Virus record (IMG/VR): IMGVR_UViG_3300049027_000037
Span: 1 to 62,405 of that record
Origin: a virus
Strand: one strand, 5' to 3'
DNA length: 62,405 bases
The stretch's first letter is position 1, and each line of letters opens with the position of its first letter. Below the pieces are notes generated by a model. That model saw nothing but the letters and a program-made list of their open reading frames with translations. It made no database searches and was not told the DNA's origin. Positions 42,461 to 50,805 of the stretch are shown here, in pieces. The translations under genes were made by a program, and so were the position numbers.

Positions 42461-42502
42461 AAAAAGAAAAAGGGCCAGTCACCCATCGCTGAGTGCTGGC
42501 CC
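42461..42502 (-). terminator. rho-independent terminator/attenuator immediately upstream of portal
   Basis: On the minus strand, GGGCCAG (42502-42496) pairs with CTGGCCC (42478-42472) around a 17-nt loop, followed by TTTTTCTTTTT (42471-42461). Confidence 0.65.
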
Positions 42503-42531
42503 TCTTGGGGCGCTCGTATTTTTGTTAAGCG

Positions 42532-42741
42532 TTAACCTCTGATCAATCTTCCAACATAGGCCGTGGCCGTTCCTTCAAATCGGGTCGCTTGTTGTATGTC
42601 GTTGTCTGGTGCCAATTGCGTTGGCAGAATCTCAACAGTTGTATAAGTGCCGCAGGACTTACACTTGAACTCGGCTTTGCCAAATTCAATCTTACCTACC
42701 ACTTTATTACATTTAGGACTACTGCACCTAATCTCCTGCAT
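42532..42741 (-). CDS. Mu Com-like zinc-ribbon protein
   Basis: MQEIRCSSPKCNKVVGKIEFGKAEFKCKSCGTY parallels Mu Com MKSIRCKNCNKLLFKADSFDHIEIRCPRCKRH (two Cys pairs, same spacing class). Confidence 0.6.
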   Translation of the reverse strand: MQEIRCSSPKCNKVVGKIEFGKAEFKCKSCGTYTTVEILPTQLAPDNDIQQATRFEGTATAYVGRLIRG

Positions 42742-42769
42742 AATACGAAATTAGAAATATATTTTCACT

Positions 42770-43387
42770 TTATTCTGAAATATTTGAAATATCGGTTTCT
42801 GACTCCATTTTGCCGAAGCCACGGGGGCCGGCTGAAACCAGTGGAAGGGTAATGAATTTCGTGGGTACCTGGCTGGCGACCTCTTTAATATACCGGTAAT
42901 CCCCCGCCTTCTGACCGTCAAGTTGTCCAATATCTTTGTACTTATGGTGCAGGACCAGACACGGAAGGCCGATCTTGCCCTCGACAATAACCTTGTTTCG
43001 GATGTAATTATCGCGCGGCTTTGGTACACCGTTGCGCAGGAACTGGCATATGATGGCGCCGGGTATCTTTAATTGGTCGGCAAGTTCTTCCAGTACGGTC
43101 GGGCTGGTCAGGATGTCGTCATCGTCGAGGAAGAAGAACCAGCCATCGGTAACCCTCTTTTTCAGTTCATTGCAATACAGGTCGTACCAGTAAACGAAAG
43201 TATTGTCAGAATAGACGAAAACACACTGAAGTCCACGGGGTATGTAATCTAATGCGCTGGCCCGGTCGTGGCCGACCATGATATGAACATTCTTGTACGT
43301 CTGGCTTTGTATCGACGCCAAACACTGAGCAAACTGTGCCGGACGGTTACTGGTTCGGATCAGGATGTTGATTAGTGGGTAGGACAT
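42770..43387 (-). CDS. glycosyltransferase family 2
   Basis: INILIRTSNRPAQFAQCLASIQSQTYKNVHIMVGHD plus the FFLDDDDIL (DxD) motif. Confidence 0.75.
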   Translation of the reverse strand: MSYPLINILIRTSNRPAQFAQCLASIQSQTYKNVHIMVGHDRASALDYIPRGLQCVFVYSDNTFVYWYDLYCNELKKRVTDGWFFFLDDDDILTSPTVLEELADQLKIPGAIICQFLRNGVPKPRDNYIRNKVIVEGKIGLPCLVLHHKYKDIGQLDGQKAGDYRYIKEVASQVPTKFITLPLVSAGPRGFGKMESETDISNISE

Positions 43388-43718
43388 TTATTATGCCTTT
43401 TTGGGTTATAATTAATTCTTTGCGTTCTCCTTCACCTACGATTGCGGGGCCGTCGGACGATACACCGCCAGGAACATAATTAGGTATCGGCTGCGATATT
43501 ATCGTGAGCATGCGCATGCGGGCCATCGCTGGCAGCATGCCCATGGCTAACATTGCCCGCTGACGTTTTAACCGCTTCAACGGCCGCTTGCCTTTCTTTC
43601 TGAACAGGTGCTTAGGTGGGAATGCAATACGGGTATTCTTTGCAATCGCTTCGGCTATGTGAATAATTTCCTCAGCAATCGCCTTTGCTCTTTCGAGTTT
43701 ATGTTGCTCGGGTGTCAT
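43347..43718 (-). CDS. small protein carrying a tape-measure C-terminal-like motif
   Basis: Start is an ATGA overlap with the upstream stop (43718-43715). PGGVSSDGPAIVGEGERKELIITQKGIINVLP aligns with tape-measure PGGLSWVGDGGKKELVITPQGKVMQTP. Confidence 0.5.
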   Translation of the reverse strand: MTPEQHKLERAKAIAEEIIHIAEAIAKNTRIAFPPKHLFRKKGKRPLKRLKRQRAMLAMGMLPAMARMRMLTIISQPIPNYVPGGVSSDGPAIVGEGERKELIITQKGIINVLPTNQHPDPNQ

Positions 43719-44263
43719 GGTGCTGTTACTAAAAGAGTTTTCCAATCCGGGTGCCCAATTTGCTGGTACACCTTGCAGGGATAAGACGCGAGTAATGCCT
43801 TCGTTTCCTCGCTGGGAATCCACCCGACTGACGGTTGTTCCCAATTGTCGATGATGAGTTTCCCGCCGGGTTTGAGGCAATCGAGAGCAGGCTTCACGCA
43901 ATCGTCGCGCCACTGGATGGGTTCGCCGTCGATGATGATGATGTCGAATTGCTCACAACAATACTTAATTGTGTTACTATACGCATGCACACCATCTGCA
44001 AGGGGTAACACAATAAGCGCTTTTGGCCACATAGCATTGACGACTGCCGCATGATAATCAGCATTACTTTCTACTCCATATAGCTTTTTGCACTTCTTAT
44101 TCCACCATAAAGATGAGGCCCCAGCCCCAAACTCGAATACTACCTTATCCTTCAAATCCCACGTTACCAGTTCATCAAGAAAGGATTTTGTGTACCAGGG
44201 GAATACGAGGCCGGTTTCCGGGTCACGGTACTGCCATTCGTTGGAGGTGTTAAGGTCGATCAT
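43715..44263 (-). CDS. class I SAM-dependent methyltransferase
   Basis: Motif I VVFEFGAGASSLW, plus FDIIIIDGEP and LKPGGKLIIDN. Confidence 0.6.
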   Translation of the reverse strand: MIDLNTSNEWQYRDPETGLVFPWYTKSFLDELVTWDLKDKVVFEFGAGASSLWWNKKCKKLYGVESNADYHAAVVNAMWPKALIVLPLADGVHAYSNTIKYCCEQFDIIIIDGEPIQWRDDCVKPALDCLKPGGKLIIDNWEQPSVGWIPSEETKALLASYPCKVYQQIGHPDWKTLLVTAP

Positions 44264-44694
44264 GCTTCCTTTAGTTGTAGCTCTTCGCCGGTCAAGGCGA
44301 AGTAAATATTTTGGAGTTGGTGGACGTGTTTAAACGGCTTCCCTATTTTCTGTAATTTCCCAGCATCTTGATCACATAACCAATACTCACCTCCTTCCGA
44401 ATAAAATAATAGTTCGAAATCTATACTGTAGCACTTAAAGGTTTTTGAATATTTAAACCCGAGCCTTCCCAGCCATTCGGGAGTGATGGGGATGGGATCA
44501 ATAAAACGCGTATCAGTCGAATTATACCCATCACCGATACTCTCCTGGTTTAAAACGTTTGTCCAATGGATTGTTTCTTGGAATATCTGAAGGACGCGGC
44601 CTGCCATCGGTATTTCTTTGCCACTGTCGTCTTCATCGACGCCACAGTTCAAAAGGTTGCCTATACGTATTTCATTTATTTTAATCATTATCAA
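44260..44694 (-). CDS. hypothetical protein
   Basis: 144-aa ORF with 4-nt overlap coupling. Confidence 0.6.
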   Translation of the reverse strand: MIMIKINEIRIGNLLNCGVDEDDSGKEIPMAGRVLQIFQETIHWTNVLNQESIGDGYNSTDTRFIDPIPITPEWLGRLGFKYSKTFKCYSIDFELLFYSEGGEYWLCDQDAGKLQKIGKPFKHVHQLQNIYFALTGEELQLKEA

Positions 44695-46021
44695 AAGTAT
44701 ATTTCCCCAAAGATAACCCCCTGAACCGGTTCAGATCAATTGTATTACTCACCGCTGTTGCCCCTGCCCCGCCGCCGGTCTTATTGTAGTTGAGGCGGTA
44801 TTTGAAATGCGGCCACGCCTTATCCCACATGTAGTTGCCGGCCCCGCCTTCTTCTGTGTCATGCAGCACCAGAATATCGGCAGCATTGGCAAGACGGATG
44901 GCGTCAAGGTGCCGGCGCTCACCTGGTGCGTGGTCGATGAAGATGAGGCCGTGTTGCACTGTCAATGCTTCCTCAATAAGTTTATCCCAGTCCTCAATGT
45001 ACTGAGCGCCGGTTTTGTCACACCATTCCCGGTTATTGTCAAGGGTGTGAAATTTTCTGCCAGTCGCTTCGCAGTCTATTCGTAATAACGGCGTACTACC
45101 TTCGCCACTGCCGAGTTCCAATACGGCCCCATCGTCTGTCAAAGTAAGGCCGAGCAGCAACAAGGGCAGGTGATTATTCCAGTTACCTGTTACTGACTTC
45201 AGAAACTCGTGCTTATCAGTATCAACCACTTTATCAAGTAACTCCTGATAAGTAGGCTGTGTGTATGCTGGTTTACCCTCTAACGCCTCCTTAAATTTAG
45301 TGATGAATGAATGATCTTCTCCCGGCCATAGCCTTTCAGCTACCTGTAATTGCGCTTCCCAATCTCCCCGCTTCATGTGCACGTCGATAACCTCATTTGG
45401 TATCACATCCCAGCAGGCGCGATCCCATCTCCCTGTAGGTAGTCCACGGGGATGGTTATGCAGCCGATCAACGAACGTAATCTTATCCATGCCGTACTCG
45501 CGGGCGCGTTGTGTTAATAACTGCTGATCTACTGACCAGTAATCTTCCCAGCGATCAGAGAAGGCTTTCTCAGGTATTGTAAATTCACCAATTAGTTCGC
45601 GCCATTTATCCGCTCGTGCCTTCACGTAACATATGGGTAGCTCCGACCTACCCGTAAGGTCAAAGCCGTAGGAAATTATCTGCCCCTGACTGACATCGTG
45701 CGTGAAGATGTCGCGGGCGATAACCATGTCGGCGTCGGCGGTCAATATTATATCGTCGGGATTAGGCGTATGAGCGCCCATGAACAACCTTCGTAACTGT
45801 GCTACCGTGGAATCCTTTACGCCTTCTTCTGAATAATAAACTTGGCTCATTGCTTCAGGGCACGCATCCATGATAATCTTCCAAGCATTGTAAGGCACAT
45901 TCACGAATATCACCACCGGCGTATACCCGATTTTCTGCCAGCTATGGCAGACGAGGGGGAGGAGGCTGTAGTAGTCGGGGTTATTGTCGGTGCTGAGTAT
46001 TGCGTATTTATTCATGACCAT
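44681..46021 (-). CDS. bifunctional glycosyltransferase-like / SAM methyltransferase-like protein
   Basis: The N-terminal half has a DxD-like ILTADADMV. The C-terminal half has VLELGSGEGSTPLL, LIFIDHAPGERR and ILVLHDTE (class I methyltransferase fold). Confidence 0.5.
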   Translation of the reverse strand: MVMNKYAILSTDNNPDYYSLLPLVCHSWQKIGYTPVVIFVNVPYNAWKIIMDACPEAMSQVYYSEEGVKDSTVAQLRRLFMGAHTPNPDDIILTADADMVIARDIFTHDVSQGQIISYGFDLTGRSELPICYVKARADKWRELIGEFTIPEKAFSDRWEDYWSVDQQLLTQRAREYGMDKITFVDRLHNHPRGLPTGRWDRACWDVIPNEVIDVHMKRGDWEAQLQVAERLWPGEDHSFITKFKEALEGKPAYTQPTYQELLDKVVDTDKHEFLKSVTGNWNNHLPLLLLGLTLTDDGAVLELGSGEGSTPLLRIDCEATGRKFHTLDNNREWCDKTGAQYIEDWDKLIEEALTVQHGLIFIDHAPGERRHLDAIRLANAADILVLHDTEEGGAGNYMWDKAWPHFKYRLNYNKTGGGAGATAVSNTIDLNRFRGLSLGKYTFDND

Positions 46022-46245
46022 TTGATTTGTGTATCAGTTTCGTTTCTGTGAGTTGACGCGTATATACCATAGCCTAACATTCTCAACTTCTCTGTTACTG
46101 CCGGCTTTACTTCCCCATAGTAAGTAGTCTCATGCCGCCCAGAGGCCGCTTCTTTTTTTATCAGTTTCATGATCTCGTCGAATTGAGAATCGGTACCCTG
46201 GGTTGAGACACGGTCAGCTAATTGTTTGGCTTCTTGTGCGTTCAT
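46012..46245 (-). CDS. hypothetical protein
   Basis: 77-aa ORF. Confidence 0.5.
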   Translation of the reverse strand: MNAQEAKQLADRVSTQGTDSQFDEIMKLIKKEAASGRHETTYYGEVKPAVTEKLRMLGYGIYASTHRNETDTQIKWS

Positions 46246-46254
46246 ATAATAAGT

Positions 46255-46602
46255 TTACCAATAGTGAGTGAACAATAATAGCTTAGGTTCTCCCAGTTCG
46301 TCATCGATAAAACCAAACACCTCATTGAACTTTGACTTAACCTGCTCGGCTGTAACCGGCCATCCTCCATGCGGTAGTTCAAAAAAGTCAAAGCCTCCAC
46401 TGCCGGCGTGGGCAATACGGTAACCAAATACCACATACTCGCCGCGCATCTGGTCATATATAATAGAATAGGTTTCCCCCTTCCAGCCTTCTATTAACCG
46501 CAGACACTTATCATCCTCAAGGATTTCTATACCTTTCGATTTCAGGTAATTGGCTGGCATCTTATACCCATAGATCAAATAGTCGCTCCTATCTACTCCC
46601 AT
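46255..46602 (-). CDS. hypothetical protein
   Basis: 115-aa ORF. Confidence 0.55.
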   Translation of the reverse strand: MGVDRSDYLIYGYKMPANYLKSKGIEILEDDKCLRLIEGWKGETYSIIYDQMRGEYVVFGYRIAHAGSGGFDFFELPHGGWPVTAEQVKSKFNEVFGFIDDELGEPKLLLFTHYW

Positions 46603-46606
46603 AACA

Positions 46607-46867
46607 TTAATTATTTATTTCAGGGAAATAAGTTTCCAGCTTGACCGGTCGCTTATCGTGTACCATGGTTTCATAATCTGGCAACCGTTCGTATAAGTCG
46701 TACCGATTATTCAATACCCATAATCTAAATTCATACACCTGCTGGTTCCTCTTTCGTAATCGTTCATACTTTCTAGGTATGTGATACTGAAGAAATATTG
46801 CAAAGCCGGACAATGCCAGGCTCAATACACACAGCACTATGGTAACCCACCCGATCATAGTTGCCAA
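46607..46867 (-). CDS. small membrane protein (1 TM)
   Basis: N-terminal TM IGWVTIVLCVLSLALSGFAIFL. Confidence 0.5.
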   Translation of the reverse strand: MATMIGWVTIVLCVLSLALSGFAIFLQYHIPRKYERLRKRNQQVYEFRLWVLNNRYDLYERLPDYETMVHDKRPVKLETYFPEINN

Positions 46868-47706
46868 TAAAAAATCTCTTTATATTGTTTCTCTAACCCC
46901 TCCCAGTACTCGTTATCCTTGCCATGCTTTTCAAGGAACTTCACGACCGCATCTGTTTGAAACCCCGAGGCCCCAACATGAAAGCCGTACCCGTTCGTCT
47001 CCTTAAGCTCATCCGGCACGCCGATCTCTTTCAGGTCAATATCATGAATGAAGTTGTGGCAATCGCCCCTAAAGGTCTGAGGATGGCCCAGAACAAAATG
47101 CTCGGTAATGCTGTCGGCAACCTTTGGTAACACGTACCGGTTAAGAAAGTCCTGATCGGCGCCCTTGCGGTTGAAGTCGATACCTTGAGCGGTACACATT
47201 AAGGCGTCAAATGATTGGGCGCTCATGCGAGAGCGGAAGTCCCCTGATTTGAAACCGATCATGCCGCCCATAAGGGTAATGCTGTGGCTTACGCTATCAG
47301 TTATTGCATGCGCCATCTTTGGCCCGCGCTCCCAGTAGGCCACCGCCTGGCGTTCGCGGTAGGACAATAGGCTGTCGGTATCGCGGCAGATGACGCGGTC
47401 GTAAGCCAACTTATCTTTATTTAATAAGAACATTGGGTATAGGCGGTAAAGCATCATCTTGCATAGCTCAGCAGAATGCATGACGTATAGCCTAATCTTT
47501 TGCTGCTTGTCCAGCTCGTACAAATAATTTACATATGGACTTTCGGTTACCGATTCATCTATCATGACTGCAACGGTCCAACCAGGATAGAGTAATTGGG
47601 CTACACGTACGTTCAGGTGCAACCCGCGCAGGTAACTGCGGAAGTCGTAACAATTTTCGTGTTGCTGGTTATAACCGAAAAGGGAATATGAGATGGCATT
47701 ACCCAT
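46855..47706 (-). CDS. putative glycosyltransferase (GT-A-like)
   Basis: ISYSLFGYN...LLYPGWTVAVMID...ICRDTDSL (DxD-like). This is a weak, motif-only call. Confidence 0.35.
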   Translation of the reverse strand: MGNAISYSLFGYNQQHENCYDFRSYLRGLHLNVRVAQLLYPGWTVAVMIDESVTESPYVNYLYELDKQQKIRLYVMHSAELCKMMLYRLYPMFLLNKDKLAYDRVICRDTDSLLSYRERQAVAYWERGPKMAHAITDSVSHSITLMGGMIGFKSGDFRSRMSAQSFDALMCTAQGIDFNRKGADQDFLNRYVLPKVADSITEHFVLGHPQTFRGDCHNFIHDIDLKEIGVPDELKETNGYGFHVGASGFQTDAVVKFLEKHGKDNEYWEGLEKQYKEIFYWQL

Positions 47707-47992
47707 GGGTAAAAGGATTTTCAGTGAACAATGAAACAGGGGGTTGAATGGTCGTGCATATACTCAGGTAAATAACCCCGGTGCGCTGTATTTCTTCTAA
47801 GTCCTCTTTGGACAACTTCCAGCACGAAATAATAGTTGGTACCGTATTGCCTTTATCATCAATAGGCGCTCGGCCTTCCCATACTGCCAGATCGCTACAT
47901 TGCTCGTCTGTCCAGCCCTCAGGCTTTTGGTATACAAAGTTTCTTGCAGGGAAGTCAACTGGTAGCATATTAGTAACGTTTATCTGAAACAA
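47699..47992 (-). CDS. hypothetical protein
   Basis: 97-aa ORF. Confidence 0.5.
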   Translation of the reverse strand: MFQINVTNMLPVDFPARNFVYQKPEGWTDEQCSDLAVWEGRAPIDDKGNTVPTIISCWKLSKEDLEEIQRTGVIYLSICTTIQPPVSLFTENPFTHG

Positions 47993-48536
47993 AAAGGTAA
48001 TTATAAATTACTTCATCAATAACATGCTCCGTCTTTAAGCACCCCTTACTCATCAAGTCCATTGCCCACTTACTATCCTCGCTGAACCTCCATGAAGGGA
48101 ACTCTGCTTGCCTTGCGTGCTCTGTCTTTAAACAATTGATATGCATCACCGGCCTGTAAAACACACCATCGTCACCGGTGAATATATTATCGTATTTGAT
48201 TGAGTGAACGAACTTGGTTGGATTCTGGCCGTCTTTGGTATAGATACCTGTAAGTGAACAGCAGTCCACTCCCTTGCTTATCCCCTCCATCAGATGTGTG
48301 ATATAGTTCGGGCCTGGCATATCATCATCGTCGAAGAAGGCCATGTACTCGGTATCAACTTCGGCCATCATTCGGTTGCGTTTGGTTCCGATGTCGATGG
48401 TGGTATCGCTGTTGGTGCTTATAATTACAGGCGCTTTCGATTCGTCGATTTGCTGAGTTAACATCATAGTTAATATCTCAAAGAAGCCAAAGCGGGCGGG
48501 TAGTGTCGGAATAAGTATCGATAGCTTTGGTGTCAT
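47970..48536 (-). CDS. glycosyltransferase family 2
   Basis: LSILIPTLPARFGFFEILTMM plus the MAFFDDDDM (DxD) motif. Confidence 0.7.
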   Translation of the reverse strand: MTPKLSILIPTLPARFGFFEILTMMLTQQIDESKAPVIISTNSDTTIDIGTKRNRMMAEVDTEYMAFFDDDDMPGPNYITHLMEGISKGVDCCSLTGIYTKDGQNPTKFVHSIKYDNIFTGDDGVFYRPVMHINCLKTEHARQAEFPSWRFSEDSKWAMDLMSKGCLKTEHVIDEVIYNYLFVSDKRY

Positions 48537-49087
48537 GGTAAGTTAGATACATTTCTTTTATTTGGAACAATTGGCATACCTGTTACGTGATTCCAAGTTT
48601 TGCCTGTCTTTATTGATAATACCGTACTGTGATACACGCCATACATTCTACCCAACTCCCGGCAACCCAATCCTGATTTAAATATTTCTAGAACAACCTC
48701 ATTTGACAAATGAGACTTATTACATTTCTCACCTAGGGCTTTATTTTTCAAGCCCATCCTTTGCGCATGTCTTTCATTGTGACTTTTGTTACACCATTCA
48801 AGATTTGAAACATGGTTGTTTGTCTTATCACCATCAATGTGATTGATCACAGGCAGGTTATCCGGATTAGGTATAAACATTTGTGCAACTAACCTATGCA
48901 AACGATAATTTGCACCGTTTATGTACTTAGTCGGGTAGCCGTTGCCATTAACCGAAAGGCTCAATATTCTTGGGAAAGCTGATACAGATTTCCCGCCCCG
49001 GTTCCAGTATGATCTTAATCGACCGTGATTACTTACTTCATACATGCCGTTTAATTCTGGTATGTTTTTCCATGCCTCTATGATCAT
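48533..49087 (-). CDS. HNH homing endonuclease (NUMOD4 + HNH_3 type)
   Basis: WKNIPELNGMYEVSNHGRLRS (NUMOD4-like) and INHIDGDKTNNHVSNLEWCNKSHNERH (HNH). Confidence 0.8.
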   Translation of the reverse strand: MIIEAWKNIPELNGMYEVSNHGRLRSYWNRGGKSVSAFPRILSLSVNGNGYPTKYINGANYRLHRLVAQMFIPNPDNLPVINHIDGDKTNNHVSNLEWCNKSHNERHAQRMGLKNKALGEKCNKSHLSNEVVLEIFKSGLGCRELGRMYGVYHSTVLSIKTGKTWNHVTGMPIVPNKRNVSNLP

Positions 49088-49740
49088 AGCTTGAAGTTTA
49101 ATGATTGACGCTTTAAGAATACTTCCTTATCCTTATTGTATGTGTCGTTCCTCCAATAAAGCTCGTCTTTCTTAGCTTTCGCATTATTTGAATAATGCAA
49201 ATGCTCTATTTGAACTTCCGGTAAGAATATATAACAACCCCTTAATTTAGATACCTCCGTTTGTTCGTCATCGCAGAACATCGAGTAGTAGCAATCACGA
49301 TATATAAACCCATCCCTTTCATAATACTTTCTACCCAATATTGCCACCGTACATACCCGTTCCTTCGCGTAATCGTCGGGACAATGGATCAGCGCGTCAA
49401 GGTTAACGGGCATAGCCCTACGAATGATATTATCAAAACCATAAGTCCTGAATCTCATGTCGTCACTTACGCACACCATTATGTCCCAATGCGACAATTC
49501 TTCCAAATCCCTGTTTATCGCATGGATCTTACTCTTACTCATACCCCACTTCACAATGACCATTGGATAGTTGTCCGCGATCTTCTGCTTAATCAGCGGG
49601 TCATTCATCGCCATATCGTCATCATCCAGCTTGGCGACGATAAAGAAGTCATTACTCGCTGAATTAACGATGATATTGTCGAGTGTCTCGAAGAACCGGG
49701 CTGGCCTCGATCGCGAAGCAAAGCTGTAGCAGATGGTCAT
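49084..49740 (-). CDS. glycosyltransferase-like protein (GT2-like)
   Basis: ICYSFASRSRPARFFETLDNII...IVAKLDDDD...VCVSDDMRF. Confidence 0.5.
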   Translation of the reverse strand: MTICYSFASRSRPARFFETLDNIIVNSASNDFFIVAKLDDDDMAMNDPLIKQKIADNYPMVIVKWGMSKSKIHAINRDLEELSHWDIMVCVSDDMRFRTYGFDNIIRRAMPVNLDALIHCPDDYAKERVCTVAILGRKYYERDGFIYRDCYYSMFCDDEQTEVSKLRGCYIFLPEVQIEHLHYSNNAKAKKDELYWRNDTYNKDKEVFLKRQSLNFKL

Positions 49741-49952
49741 GGTTTCTTATTTATTAACGCATTCAATTGACTAGCAAAGTGCCCAAGGATAAGGCCACCA
49801 CATGCAACCTGCCAGTATGTTTGTATAAAGGGCATGAGCAGGCATGCGAACCCTGCACTATACAGCACCCACCTAACTATCCGCATAGGTATAAATACCG
49901 GCAATGATGGCTCCTTAATTTCCTCTTTTGGCTTATCTTCAATTTGCTTCAT
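49737..49952 (-). CDS. small membrane protein (2 TM)
   Basis: 71-aa ORF with two hydrophobic helices. Confidence 0.5.
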   Translation of the reverse strand: MKQIEDKPKEEIKEPSLPVFIPMRIVRWVLYSAGFACLLMPFIQTYWQVACGGLILGHFASQLNALINKKP

Positions 49953-50646
49953 ACTTACTTGGTTTAGGGTACAACTCGTTCAACACATCCCACATGCCAT
50001 GCTCAAAACACCTGTCACCTATACTGAACCACTTACGTCCTGCGATTATCTTATTGATCATATCCTTATTGTAAGGCATCCTGATCTTAATATCCTCAGC
50101 ATATTCCCCAGTAATTCCATTCATCACACAGTACAATGTCTTAAGGCAGTAGCCGTGCGCTTTTGACCAATCGGCTAGGGCCGCTGATCGCATGAACAAT
50201 TGTTTATTAAACACTATAGGGCAATGGCAGTCGTAGTTATTGAATGAATCGGTAAAGGATAGCAGACTCTTGGTATTCTGCTTTGTCTCCCCATACTGCC
50301 CGAACCCCTCATTCATCGGCCCCATGTGGTAGTAAGGGAAGGCGCCGGCCTCATAGTCGGCAAGAAGGAAATGGTCATCATGCACCATCAGAAAATCATC
50401 ACTCACTCGGCTATCCTTACACGCCTCCAGCATCTTCAGCATTATATTGCGATCACGGAACCGGTTACGCGGGTCTTCTTCGAATGGGACGTGAATAACG
50501 TTTGTTACCCACTCCGGACAATAGCCGATGATGAACACATTACCCACGCCGTGAAGGTGGCGCTCAATGCTGCGCAAGCAATAACGCAGTTCTTTGTTCT
50601 TTTGCGTTGAGCGGTTGTTGAGAGGGATGATGATGTCTGTGCTCAT
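49939..50646 (-). CDS. Stealth-CR2-like sugar-phosphate/glycosyl transferase, putative
   Basis: IIIPLNNRS..NKELRYCLRSIERHLHGVGNVFIIGYCPEW resembles the ELRYSLRS..APW..I.IV Stealth CR2 block. HDDHFLL is also present. Confidence 0.4.
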   Translation of the reverse strand: MSTDIIIPLNNRSTQKNKELRYCLRSIERHLHGVGNVFIIGYCPEWVTNVIHVPFEEDPRNRFRDRNIMLKMLEACKDSRVSDDFLMVHDDHFLLADYEAGAFPYYHMGPMNEGFGQYGETKQNTKSLLSFTDSFNNYDCHCPIVFNKQLFMRSAALADWSKAHGYCLKTLYCVMNGITGEYAEDIKIRMPYNKDMINKIIAGRKWFSIGDRCFEHGMWDVLNELYPKPSKYEAN

Positions 50647-50762
50647 CTCGCCTTATACTGCTTTTTCTTTGCCTTATATACTGCCTTGGTTTCCCTGGTA
50701 GACTTGCCGACCGTTTCTTTTTCAGCCTCTTTGCGCAGGCGTTTAGCTACTTTGTTTCGCAT
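50643..50762 (-). CDS. 39-aa highly basic peptide
   Basis: Hand-translated: MRNKVAKRLRKEAEKETVGKSTRETKAVYKAKKKQYKAR. Its stop overlaps the next ATG as ATGA (50646-50643). Confidence 0.4.
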   Translation of the reverse strand: MRNKVAKRLRKEAEKETVGKSTRETKAVYKAKKKQYKAR

Positions 50763-50773
50763 AAAATAAATAA

Positions 50774-50805
50774 GGGCGCATCAAGTGGTTAGACTTAACA
50801 CGCCC
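50774..50805 (-). terminator. terminator-like hairpin after terL
   Basis: On the minus strand, GGGCG (50805-50801) pairs with CGCCC (50778-50774) around a 22-nt loop, followed by TTATTTATTTTAT. Confidence 0.35.

Noticed and set aside
42456-42482. ORF-track start of the portal gene at 42482 (MTGPFSFYT...).
   Set aside because: These nine codons are the 3' arm of the GGGCCAG/CTGGCCC hairpin and its T-run. I prefer the ATG at 42455.
43719-43913. Long version (188 aa) of ORF 43347-43913.
   Set aside because: Its first 65 codons lie entirely inside the methyltransferase gene 43715-44263 in another frame and are Arg-rich. The internal ATG forms an ATGA junction with the methyltransferase stop, so I kept only 43347-43718.
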